Assembly: GCA_965153285.1 (NCBI GenBank)
Contig: OZ229122.1
Length of the DNA stretch: 64,000 nucleotides
From: Podarcis tiliguerta
Taxonomy: Eukaryota
Reading direction: 5' to 3' (one strand)
Of this stretch, positions 24,301 to 36,500 are shown one piece after another (position 1 is the first letter of the stretch; the number at the start of each line of letters is the position of its first letter). The position numbers were made by a program, and so were the translations under genes. A model generated the notes under the pieces. It was given only the letters and a program-made list of their open reading frames with translations. It was not told the DNA's origin and made no database searches.

Positions 24301-27300
24301 CAGTGGAAGACAGGAGTGCCTGGCGTGCTCTGGTCCATAGGGTCACGAAGAGTCGGACACGACTAAATGACTAAACAACAACAACTTAAAGACATGCCCA
24401 TATTGTATTCCTACTGTCAACGGACTACAGATTCTGTGTGATCAGGATTGCAAGTCACTATGTGTATTATCCCATAATCTTTGCTTTAACGTCTTTAGGG
24501 CGCCTTCATAAACCAGGTAATAGAGTTGGGGGGGGGGTGACAGACCAATAGAGGTTTTTTAGCCATGGTTTTCTGCCAATTGCTGACAAACTCCTCCTTG
24601 GTCAGGTGTTGATACAGACCCTCCCCTAGATCAAACACTACAATCCTGAGCCAATGTTTTAGGCTAGCCCACCATGCCTTAGTTGAAATTGGGCATTCAC
24701 CAGCTTCTAACAGAAGTGGGTAAAAGCCTCAGCACCTAGGGCTTGCCAATCGAAAGGTCGGCGGTTCGAATCCCCGCGGTGGGGTGCGCTCCCGTTGTTC
24801 GGTCCCAGCGCCTGCCAACCTAGCAGTTCGAAAGCACTCCCGGGTGCAAGTAGATAAATAGGGACCGCTTACTAGCGGGAAGGTAAATGGCGTTTCCGTG
24901 TGCGGCTCTGGCTTGCCAGAGCAGCGATGTCACGCTGGCCACGTGACCCGGAAGTGTCTCTGGACAGCGCTGGCCCCCGGCCTCTTGAGTGAGATGGGCG
25001 CACAACCCTAGAGTCTGTCAAGACTGGCCCGTACGGGCAGGGGTACCTTTACCTTTACCTTAACAGAAGTATGGAGTTGGAGACACAGTTGGGTACCTGC
25101 AGCAGAGATCGTAGAAATTTTGCCTGAAAGCCGCCTAGCTTAGGCATGTTCCTATTATGCCAGACATTTGCAGCGTACAGGAGTTGGAAAATGGATTTTG
25201 CATTGAAAACCCTTAAGGCTGCTGGGACATACTTGCTGCCCTTTGTGAAAAAGAATCTGAGTACAGTGGTACCTCTGATACAGATGCTTCAGGTTACAGA
25301 TTCCGCTAACCCAGAAATAGTACCTCAGATTAAGAACTTTGCTTCAGGGTGAGAACAGAAATCGTGCAGCGGTGGGGCAGCAGCAGCAGCAGGCCCCATT
25401 AGATAAAGTGGTGCTTCAGGTTAAGAACGGACCTCCAGAACGAATTAAGTTCTTAACCCGAGGTACCACTGTATGGGTAGCTTTGTGATCTCCACCTTTT
25501 GAAGGGAGATTTGCCAGTGGTGCTTCCAAGCTCTTGTATGATAGAAAGTGAACCCTAGATAACTGAAGTATTTAATCGGTTGAAGGTTATGGCCATCCAG
25601 CACCCATTTAAATCAGGAGAAGCTTCTTTTGAATACTAAAATTTTTGATTTTTCATAATTAATGGATATGCCATTTCCAAAACAGTAATCGGAAAACTTT
25701 CTCAGCAGATATTTCAAACCCGGTCTGGAATGTGAAATGATGGCCTCATCATCTGCATATAACAACAAAGGCGTCCTTCTCATTCCTGTTTTTAGAAGGT
25801 GTCCGTCTGAGTCCATTAGGCTCGCTTCTAGGTCATTTAAGAATAGGCAAAACAATGTGGGGACCAGAATGCATCCCTGTGTCCCCCCCCCCCAGTCATC
25901 TCGCTACTGTTCGATAACTGTCCCTGCCGACCGCATAGGACCTGCAGTTTGGTTCCATTGTACAGGGCTTTTATAAGAAAGAGGAATCGTTTGTCCTGCA
26001 ATATCAGGTTTAATTTTGACCATAGCTGGGATCTGGGCATGGACCTGAACGCTGATTTCAGATCCATGAAGCCACGAAGAGTTTACCCTGTAGAGGCCTG
26101 GTAGAGGCTAGGGAGGACAACATTAGACAGTGGTCTGATGTTGAATGGTTCTCACGAAAGGCTGCCTGGGCTTCAGATAGTATATAGTGTTCATTTAGAA
26201 AAGTTGTCAGTTTGCTACTGAGGAAACCATACAACTTCCCAACTATTGAAAGCAGGCTAATTGGCCTATAATTGGAGGATACGTTTGGGTGGCCTCTCTT
26301 AAAGTTTGGGACTACTATAGCATGATTCCAGCTATATGGTACTTTGCCTGAGTTATGTACTAGGATAGATTTCAAAAGAATGGTAACTCATAGAATGAAA
26401 GTTTTTCATGTGGCTCTGCTTATAGTCTTATATCCTGCAGGAAATTTAGAATTAAAGCATCCACAGCAGGTGGCTGTCCTACCTTTACCTGAAGACAAGA
26501 ATTTTAATAATTGTCTCATTTTGGGTATTATATTCTGTGAGTTTTGCAATATGATAACAATACTGACTTTAGAATACTTTAGTTTTGTCACACCTCCAAA
26601 ATGTAGAACCTAGCTGGTATGAGATCTTCATGTAACAGTTATATTGAAATAAACTATGGATAAATTTGAGTTCATATGGTGTCAAATAACAGACACATTG
26701 TTTTATAGCCCCCTCCTCAGTTTGTTGCATCAAGGAATTTGTCCACATGCAAACAACACCATATTTTCTTGTCTAACCAACACTAGCTGGAAGGAAACCT
26801 CTGTTCCATCCAACACCCCTCTCCAAGCATGGCAAATTGGGGATTTAAATTGCTCTGGCCACTATCACTCCCTGTTTTCTGTTATCTGCCTATTAGTGCT
26901 TCCCTGTTTCATCTACATTATTGGTGAGAATGTGCTAAATAATTGCTAAATAAAATATCACAAGAAGTTTTCTCATCTGATTTACAGAAATCAAGACAAT
27001 GCACACAGTTGTGGAATCTCCATACTCTCATGCATACAACTTACCTGTGGAATTTTGTGGATTGCAGAAATAATGGCTACGTTGGCAGAGATCTCAGAGA
27101 TACATCCTCCAATGAGAGCTATCAGCTTGCTTTGGTGGTGACACTTGAAGTTGGGGACAAACCTCTGTTGTGTGGAAAGCAGGTTCAGTGTGGCCTTATA
27201 AGTCATTCCTGCAGTGTAGTAGCTATTGAGGATGTGAAACCCCAGGGAAACATTTGATAAAATGTTGAGATTCTCATTTATCTCTTTTACAGCAAATGCG

Positions 27301-28322
27301 AAAGCCATGATATGCTGGTAGTTCTTAGGCACTGAACTGTAATTAGAGTTACAGGCTCTTTAATCAAATAACAACAACAACAATAATAATTTGTTGAATT
27401 TATAATATTCATTTATCGACATCATTTCAAAAGTTAAATGTAGTATAAAACTGCCGAGGAGGAACCAAAATTAATCATAATAGACCCATTGTATTAATAG
27501 GCACAACTCACATTAAATCTACATAATAATAAGTAAATCAGGCAATTTACTTGGATCATTTATGATATCAGGGATCAGATATATTTTAATTCAGTTGAAG
27601 TGCATATACCCAAAGGAAGTGAAATGAGAAAAGATATCGCAAGTGGAAAGTACAAAGGAGAGCCTACAAGCTTCCATGAATTCACCTATTTTTAAAATAT
27701 AATCTATACAGACCCAGCATAGGGCCAATTACAAAATAATATTTTTAAAAGCATGTACCTGTACAATAATTTGTGTGCACACTTTCAAATTCAAATAGTA
27801 TGTGCAAGACCATATTGTATTTCCAAACACAAATAACACAAACATATTCTCAACAGAGATCTAGATCATTCACTAATTCTGAGCTTATCCTTGTATAAAA
27901 TGGGAATAGCCTTGGCAAGATACACTCACACTAAAAACTAATTGATTTTACTTTAGCACAATTTTTCTTAATGTTGCATTCTGAGTCACTATGGGCTCAG
28001 GAAGAGCCTATATTACAGGCAGAGAGATAAAGAAAGGGGCAGAGGAGAGAAAGAGAGAGAGAAAAAAGATGATGCTTTACATGGGTTCATTAATCAAGAT
28101 TTTTGCAGGCTGTTCCATGAAAGAAAGGTTATTGTAGAGGAATAAGACCTGAGAAACAATCCCTCCAATGAGGAGGTCTCCTGGTTGATAAAATCCATGA
28201 GGAATCAGGAGATGATCATCAAACATGGTGCAATTAATCAAATTTGTCAAGCATGCACTATGGCATAGGAGTACAAGTAGCAACATCACCGTCACCCAGA
28301 TCCTGCTGAAAATGTTTTCCAT
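18339..28322 (-). CDS. V2R gene C, complete, ~877 aa, chimeric (B-like exons 1-4, D-like exon 5 3' part and exon 6); exons 28081-28322, 27045-27336, 22712-23554, 21309-21536, 19977-20103, 18339-19240
   Basis: Same V2R motifs; spliced length 2634 nt in frame. The exon 6 acceptor is TTAAAG (AAG). Confidence 0.93.
20359..20706 (+). mobile_element. Sauria SINE
   Basis: tRNA-like head (ggttcgaatccc), (ACCTTT)n tail, 9-bp TSD taagtagtt. Confidence 0.9.
20707..21140 (+). mobile_element. L2/CR1-group LINE RT fragment
   Basis: [15 protein letters not shown]...[10 protein letters not shown]...T.TA motif. Confidence 0.75.
21595..22432 (+). mobile_element. L1/Tx1-clade LINE 3' fragment (gene C intron 3 only) with a nested SINE
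   Basis: EAFLLGI ORF2 C-terminal remnant, A-rich tail, TSD catttccaagaa (21583-21594 / 22433-22444). Confidence 0.8.
21975..22216 (+). mobile_element. tRNA-derived SINE (Squam3-like) with a 44-bp TSD
   Basis: gagagccagtgtggtgtagtggttaagagc...(ctt)n; identical 44-bp flanks at 21931-21974 and 22217-22260. Confidence 0.9.
24031..24382 (+). mobile_element. Bov-B (RTE) LINE 3' fragment
   Basis: [37 protein letters not shown], (CAA)n tail, 11-bp TSD aactta(g/a)agac. Confidence 0.92.
24718..25060 (+). mobile_element. Sauria SINE
   Basis: (ACCTTT)n tail; 10-bp TSD taacagaagt. Confidence 0.9.
25264..25471. mobile_element. Tc1/mariner-type MITE
   Basis: TIRs cagtggtacct / aggtaccactg with TA TSD; same family as 12-253. 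Confidence 0.88.
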
Positions 28323-28724
28323 CCCAGCATAGATCTCTGTGTTTCCAACTACTGGATTTCTATCAACACGATTTATTGTGCAGCGCAACGTGTTGGTATT
28401 GTAAATTTTGTTACAGCCTCCCTTGAATAGTAGATGATTCTGTTGGTACGCACAGTTTTATAGCTGTAATTCTTAGATTATCTCTGCACGAGTAACCTAG
28501 TAGCAAAGCTAATAATTGCTCCCTTTTCACATGCCTAATTAATGAGGTCCAGTTTTTCACAGGAAGAAATGGAAAAGTGGAAAATCATGTGCTGACGAAA
28601 AAGGGATGAGAAACAGAGATACTCTAGAATACATTTTTTGAATTTTATTCTAAAAATTATAGTTGAATCAGCTCCTGGGGTTATACGTTGACATATGAAG
28701 TGGAAACAGTAACACAAAAGATTA

Positions 28725-28909
28725 GCAAAGCTCTTCCTGTGCTAGGCTTCAGTTGTGAACCATATGAAGATTATATAGCCTTTTTAGATGCTGATTGTTG
28801 ATCTTGTTATTGGCCTCCGAAAATCTATTCTGTCAGAGGATGCAAAACAGTAATTTGAACAATGATGGGATGATGATCACTTCCCCAGAGTGCTATTGGC
28901 ATTTGAAGT
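28725..28909 (-). promoter_or_regulatory. Conserved upstream element of gene C, interrupted at 28910 by an LTR-like insertion
   Basis: Near-identical to the B copy; the E-box is mutated to TAGATG at 28785-28790. Confidence 0.5.
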
Positions 28910-29716
28910 TGTGATTCAAAGACCTGCCACCTGCTTGGGGATAAGAAAGACACATGGACACAGTATATTAGGTTAATGGGCTAAAAAAGGCCACAACTTT
29001 ATTGATTACAGCATGTGAGAGGTATTGTCTTAGGCATTGGATAAAACAACAGAGTGTGACTCCACCCTCTCGGGGGGGGGGGGGTGTGTGTGAGTCTAAC
29101 AAGGGTTAACCACAAGTGGGAGCAGCCTGTTGATGCAAATACAACTGAAATCTCCTCCTGATGTCACTGGGGGTTGTGCCATGGCCCTAGCCACCAGCAA
29201 GGGCGTCGGACAGGATCCACGACCGCCGGATTCCTTTACCGGAATAACCATAAAGTGGAGGGGGAGGCAATGGCCACACCCAGCCCTCCAGTACACATAC
29301 ATATTCCATTGCCTAACCACCAATACCTAAAAGTTGTGACAATTTGCTACGAGGTAGGCAAAAAACCAAGTGGCTGGTGCCAATTTGCGAGTTGGATAAA
29401 AATTCCTACCAGGCCCCTTGGGCAACCAAGGTGACCAACCACAGGTCCGTAGCAATGTCAAGAACCAAGCAATGAACTAAAGGGAGGGTGGGTGGGTGAT
29501 CCAACAAAAACCAGCAGCAGAATGAAAAGGAAGTGCTGCTGTGGCCGCATTTGAGCAGCTAAACCCCACCCCCAAGCCTCCACCTGATTGCTTGGCTACC
29601 TGGGGGTGTGGCGCAGCAGACAGGCCAGCTGGGGAGGGGCTGGAACGCCCCCTGCCAACACGGGAAATGGCTCCTGCTCACAACTCCTCCCCTCTGTAAG
29701 GAGGAGAGGCTTTACA
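28910..29716 (-). mobile_element. Solo-LTR-like insertion upstream of gene C
   Basis: Minus-strand termini TGTAA...CACA, AATAAA at 28998-29003, absent from the B copy; no clean TSD. Confidence 0.65.
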
Positions 29717-30504
29717 TCATATACCACAAAACTGCAAGGAAGTGCCTCCTCCCAATTCTGCAACTATTTTTCTTTATCTTTTAGGGAGATTTAGAAATAC
29801 ATGGCCTTATTGGAGCAGGATGCTACTGCTTAGAATTGAGTTCACACAACATCCATTCAGATTTGGTATAAGTGTGTTTCAATAGTGAGTTATAGCCTGG
29901 CAAGTCTGAGAGTGAGTGTTTTCATGTAAAAAGTATATTATATATTGTTTTGTTTTGTTTATTAAATGTGTATTTCACCCCTCATATGTAGATCTAAAGA
30001 TGGTTCGCAACATAAAATTTAAGATCAAAAACACGAAATACATAATAAAAACAAGTAAAAGAAGAAAACAAATCAATAACTTCCTCCACTTCCTTTAGCA
30101 GAACAAATGCAATTATTGTCTGCCACAGTTATTGATATTAATATTATTTTGTCATTGTTAAAAAGAATTTATTAATGCAGTAATAACATTGTGCAAGATA
30201 CAGCAGATTAAATCGCAGCCCCATGGAGCTTACAGCATATAAATTGACTGAGTATATGTATCTAGGAGCAAGGAACAGAATAGGCAACAGGAGTTCTGGG
30301 CCCAGGAGGTCTGTGTAACTCCATGGTGTGAATGGCAGTGGTCCTACTAAGGTTTTTTGGAAGGTTCATTTCCAGCTACAATGGTAGCTGATGTGGGAGA
30401 CCCACCAACCTTGCTAGTTATTAGAGGAATTACAAATACACCTAACATAAGCATTTCCAAGGGAATACATATATGAACAAAAAGATATGTATTTCTTCTT
30501 CTTT

Positions 30505-33500
30505 TTATTTTCTTCTTATTAATTGATCCCGGTTGTTCAGCTCAGGCCTGAGCAGAATGATGTAGCATTTAGGGAAGAAGATGCAGCCCAGTAACCCAGC
30601 ACTCGAGGACAAGATGGAAAAGACCTCTACAGCCACCATATATTTCCCTTTGGTGCTTAGATAGGTTGGAACAAAGGATAACCAAACAGTGCAAAACACC
30701 AACATGCTGAAAGTGATGAACTTGGCTTCATTGAAACTGTCTGGCAACTTCCTAGCCAGGAAAGCCACAACAAAGCTGACAATGGCCAGTGAGCCCATGT
30801 AGCCCAAGACACAGTAAAACATGAAAGCAGAACCATCATTACATTCCACTATGATTTCCCTATCCAATGAGTACATGTCCATATCTGGGAAAGGAGGGGA
30901 GGTACTTAACCAAAAAGTACAAATGCCAACTTGAATCAAGGAAGAGGAAAGGACAATAGAATCTGCCATTCTTTTCCCCACCCATCTCCTCATTCCAGAT
31001 CCTGGTTTGGTTGCCATGAAAGCCAGAACCACAGTGATGGTCTTTGCCAACACAGAAGAAAGGGCCACAGAGAATATGATACCAAAGGCTGTTTGTCGGA
31101 AAAGGCAGATGAGCTTTCCAGGATGTCCAATGAAGAGCAAGGAGCAGAGGAAGCAAAGGAGGAGGGAGATGAGGAGGATGTAGGTGAGGGTTCGGTTGTT
31201 GGCTTTGACTATGGGAGTGTCCTTGTACTTCATAAAAATTCCAAGTACTAAACTTGTGATCAAGCAGAAAGAAATTGCCAATATAGTTAAGATGATCCCT
31301 AAATCTTCTTTGTAAGAGAGGTAGTTCACATCCTTTGGAATGCATTTAGTTTGTTCCTTGTTAGGACACTGTTCTTCTGGACAATTGACACAGTCATCGG
31401 CATCTTTAAAAAAGGAAGATATAGTTAACAGCTGTGAGGCACTTTCTATTTCTACATTTATATGGCTGCTGAAAACGTGACTTATGCAGGCAAATAAAAA
31501 TACATATTCCCACAATAGTTAGCTCTAGCTACTTCAACTAGCCAACTAGCCAACAGGATGAGGTGGCAGCATAGCTGGAGACAAAGGGTAGAAAACCACC
31601 TTTATGCCAGGAGCCAGACACCAGCTTTGTAGGTGGGATCAGAAGGAATCCACCGCTTGACACACACCTAATGGAGCACACATTCAGCAGAACTGACAAA
31701 AAGGGATTTCCATGAGTGAGCTTGCTCTGTCTCATCTTTAAAAGCTCTGTACAAGGGGCATTTCAACTCTTGGGGATCATCATAGCTTCTGTTTGGTTAT
31801 GAACAACTTTCCTTGCTCATGCATCTTAAAAACTTGACCTATTTACCTTCTGTGGGCTGCTGAACCTGCACCGCTATTTGGTTGAATAAATATAGCTTTG
31901 TTAATTTCAATTAAGAGTAGCTGTCATTGCATTTTGGGGCAGGGGTAATATAGGTTGGCAGTTGTTAACTGGGCATGTTCAAGATAGGCACATTTCCTTC
32001 TGCTTTTGATGATGGGATGGCTGGCAAACCAGCTAAAATCTTTTTTATAATTTCAAGGAACATATAATCTAAACAAGTAAATAAAAAGATAATGCATCTC
32101 AGAACTTCCTTGATATTTCTGTTCATTATTTCTCCTACCCTTCTGGTGAGAGATCATCCCTTCTGGACACGGAGCACAATCATAGCAGCAAAATTTCTCT
32201 CCCTCCTTCTTTTTTTTGCTGTAGCCTGGGTAGCAGTTGTCATTGCACACAGAAACAGGCAGCACCTTTAAAGAAGCATGAAGGATGATTTACACTAAGA
32301 GAGTGGGTCTTGAAAATAGCTCATCTCTTGGCATGAAAGTATGACTGAGAGAAGACAGTGAATTTTGCCTTCACCAAGCTCAGATTGGAACATTAAACAT
32401 TGTCATAAAGCTCAGGCAAAGTTTATCACCTCCATAATCGTTTTCAAAATTATTGATCATGGCTTACGTGAAAGCATTTATTCACAAAACAGGAAGTGAT
32501 GTTGTTGAGGAGGCAGGGTTCTTTACTATATATATAAAAAAATCTACTGGGAGCTCACTTGGAGTGATGTGACATTTAAGGGGTATGTGATTTATTTTAT
32601 AATAATTTTAATCAGCATTGTTCAGAGCCTGAAAACCAGATAGAAATATGAACTGGCCAAAAATAAGAAATTTCTCATTTGATTATTTAAATATTTTTTG
32701 CTATGTCTCACCTGATTAAAACTTTTATGCCAGACAATTTGCTCATCATTAAGGGTTAATTCTTTGCCTGAAGGAGCCTGAGGTTGGAGTCTTCCAACTT
32801 TCACTCTAACCAGTGAGCCATTGGGGAATGTCACCCAGTTTGTAACATCAAAACCTGTAACTAATTCACCATTGTCATCAAAGCGCACAGTGTCTCCAGC
32901 ACTGTTATTGAATGTGATCCACCTTAGAAAGTGATGCACCTAGATTGAAAGAGAATATGAACGACTAGGTATTGAGATTATTAGAATGAGACCAAGGTTA
33001 GATTAAAAAACTTTTTGAGATTCTGCACAGCCATGTTACTTTGGATGTAAGAAAGGGACTGCTAAATTGGTCCAACTGTTTGGGCGAAGTTAACCCTGCA
33101 GATTCCTATTTGTTGGAAAAATGAATCTTTGCATAATCAAAGAGGTGGTCAAATATAGGTGTTATGTTGCCACAAAAATAAATACGGTAGTTGTAGTTGA
33201 TGTCATCAATGTGTTGCAGTCTTGAAATTGGACCTGACTTGCTATCTGTAAGAAAGGTAAAAACCCAAGGTACAAACATGCCCTGTGACTCCTGAAATAT
33301 CTTATTTCTGACCACATGTAACATTTATTCCATGAGCTTCAGAAAAGTCTGTTCTAACAAAGTTCTATTTCTAACAAAGAATTATCTAACAAAGAATTCA
33401 TTCGCCTCCACTTTTGGGACTTTATACTTCCACCTATCTCTCCTGTCCATTTAGCTTCATGTCCATGGCCCATTATAAATAATAAATTACTATTTCATAA

Positions 33501-36500
33501 TCAGGGAGCTATTGCTTATGTAAATCAGTGTGGAAATTTGGTGATTTTTTTTAATGTAGAGATCCCTTTACCTCTGAATCATAAACTTTACTTCTTTTCT
33601 ATTTTAAGTGTTGACTTGAAATTACCTGCCATGGCTGTACACTCTGAAATGCCAGTCTGTCTCTTTCCTCCAATCTTTTACGTTTGACATGGGATTTGTA
33701 TATAGCATTCAAAGCATGTGCCATTGCATAGACAGCATTGTAGACATTGTAGCTGTGTCCAGTCATATTCATTTCAAACAGAACTCCAGAAAGGCTTTCC
33801 AGATTCTCTTCCCCACTGCAGGTTTTCTTCCCGTCCTTCTCTTGCTGCTTAGACATCATTAGTGAACAGCTGAATGCTTGTTCCCAGAAGTCCTGGATGA
33901 AACCATCTCCTTTGGCCCAGGAAGGTTGTATCATGTCTGTGAACGTTTGGAATCCTAATGGCTGATTTGAGTGAACTGTGAAAGATATGGTGCCATGGAA
34001 TGCCTGTATATCCCATACCTTCTGTACAGAGTGTGATGCAAAATCCCAGTGGGAAGTTACAACCCAAACTTTTCCTAGAGGTGGCAATGCCAAGAAGGGT
34101 GCTAGAAACAACAACATTCTCAAAATCTGAAAGGATGGAGGTTCTCCATATACATACATTACATTGCATTTTCTCTCCATGAGAATTTCATAGTTTTTCT
34201 GCTGCTGTATAAGCAAGTCTATCATCTCATCCACATAATTCCATTTTGGTACTCTTATTATGAAGGCATAACAGTTGCTATTTTGGGAAAGGATTGGGAC
34301 CATTGTTTGTAAAAACCTATCCCCTTTGTCATCATCTACAGCTAACAGTCCAACCCAAGTCCATTTGAAATGCTGAAATAGCCGAATAACTCCTATGTGC
34401 TGATGAGCCTCATTTGGGACCATCTGGTACAAAAATGGGAATAGCATTTTGTCATTCTGTAATGTTGAAAATGATCCATAAGTGAGCTGAAATAAAAAAG
34501 TAAACATTTCTCATTTTAAATAAAAGAGAATATTGTATCTTAGAATTATGAGCCATTGAATCATTGAATCAAACTGGGGGGGGGGGTAGCTAATGCCACG
34601 GAGGACAGAATCAGAATTCAAAATGACCTTAACAGATTGGAAAACAGGGTGCAAGCTAACAAAATGAATTTCAGTAGGAACAAATATAAGGTTCTGCACT
34701 TAGGCAGGAAGAACCAGATGGCTTATTAGCAGTACATGTGAAAAGAATCTAGGGGTCTTGGTGGATCACAACTTAAAATGAGTCAACAGTGTGATGCAGC
34801 AGCAAATAAAGCTAATGCTATTCTAGGCTGCATCAACAGAAGAATAGTGTCCAGATCAAGGGAAGTACCGGTAATAGTACCACTCCATTCTGCCTTAGTC
34901 AGATCACACTTGGAATATTGTGTCCAATTCTGGGCAACAAAATTTAAGTATAATGTTGACAAGCTCGAACATGTGCAGAGGAAGGCAACCAAGATGATCA
35001 AGGGTCTGGAAACTAAGCCTTATGAGGAGTGCTTGAAGGAGCTGGGTATGTTTAATCTGGAAAAGAGGAGACTGAGAGGAGATATGATAGGCATCTTCAA
35101 ATATCTGAAGGGCTGTCACATGGAGGGGGGAGCATGGAGGGGGAAGCATTCTCCTGCTCTGGAGGGTAAAGCTCGAACCAATGGCTTCAAGTTGCAAGAA
35201 GGGAGATTCCGACCAAACATTAGGAAAAAACTTTCTGACAGTAAGAGCTGTTCAGCAGTGGAACAGACTCCCACATAAAGTTGTGGACCATTTCTTCCTT
35301 TGAGGTTTTTAAAACAGAGATTGAATGGCCACCTGTAATGGATGCTTTAGCTGAGATCCCTGTGTTGCAGGGGGTTGAATTAGATGATCCTTGGGGTCCA
35401 TTCCAACTATAAGATTCTAGGATTCTTTGACAGCTTTCCCCAAACATCCTAAGCTCTACCAAAAGTTTCACAGAGATGCTAAATAGCATTGTGAACATAA
35501 CAGTTCCCTGTGATACATCACAATGCCGGACGCTGAAACACAAGGACTCAATGCATCAATGAATTCATATGTATTGGTGAAAATAAAACACAGGTACATT
35601 ATATTGGGGTAAATTCATTGTAAAAGTTTTGTTAGAGAAAAATTGCACTGGTTCTATTGCTCAATTGCACTTACAGTTAAGATGATTGTCCTAATTTTAA
35701 ATGGAAATATAGTTTCCCCTTCTTTTTCTCTCCCCCGCCCTTTGCTGCTGACAATTCTACAGTTTAAATGATACAGGAATTAACTTTGTATAACACAGTT
35801 GTGCTACAATAGTTAGTGTTCAGATTTTACTCTTCCACATTTGCCTCTGTAATGATAATTTGTACTATGTGTCTTTAAAAAGGGGAGGGGGACCTTTTAT
35901 TCTTGTCTTTCAGTGTGCTGTGAGTACTGTGGATTGTTTTGTCATTTAACTGTTATAGCACCTTAATATCATTTATCAAAGGATTTGCTGAAATCATGAT
36001 GGTGAGCCACAGTTGTGAATTTTCTATACCACCTTATTTACCTGTGGAGTCTTGTGAATTGCTGAGATGATGGCCACATTGGCAGAGATTTCAGAGATGC
36101 ATCCGCCAATGATTGTGATCAGCTTGTTCTGATTGTGACACTTGAAGTTGGGGACAAACCTCTGTTGTGTGGAATGCAGGCTGAGGGCAGCCTTATAGGT
36201 AATCTTTGCAGTGTAGTAACTATTGAGGATGTGAAACCCCAGCGAGGCATTTGATAAGATGTTGGGATTCTCATTGATCTCTTTGACAGCAAATGCTAAG
36301 GCCAGGATGTGCTGGTAGTTCTTGGGCACTGAACTGAAAAAAAGAGTTGCAGCTATTTAACAAATCAATAATGAAAGCAGATTTATAGTCTTCATCAACA
36401 CACTTTCAATAATGAGCTGTAACTTAATACTCAAGAAGGTGAAATATTGAAGTAAAAATTAAGATACCTGATTGGTTCTGTTCCTTCCTGCAAGGTGACT

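Larger units (their letters stand above)
23571..26361 (-). mobile_element. 5'-truncated non-LTR retrotransposon (RT plus C-terminal Cys/His knuckle; RTE-X-like, clade uncertain) hosting three nested elements
   Basis: [27 protein letters not shown] and RLCSC...H.L.HC..Y ORF fragments; AATAAA at the 3' end; absent from gene B. Confidence 0.8.
20081..32243. repeat. Tandem segmental duplication, copy 2 (C exon 5 to D exon 5)
   Basis: Collinear with 11365-20080; about 3.4 kb longer because of copy-specific TE content. Confidence 0.9.

Noticed and set aside
11365-32243. Duplication as an assembly (haplotype) artefact
   Set aside because: The copies differ by many substitutions and by reciprocal TE insertions with clean empty sites, and the junction forms an in-frame chimera.
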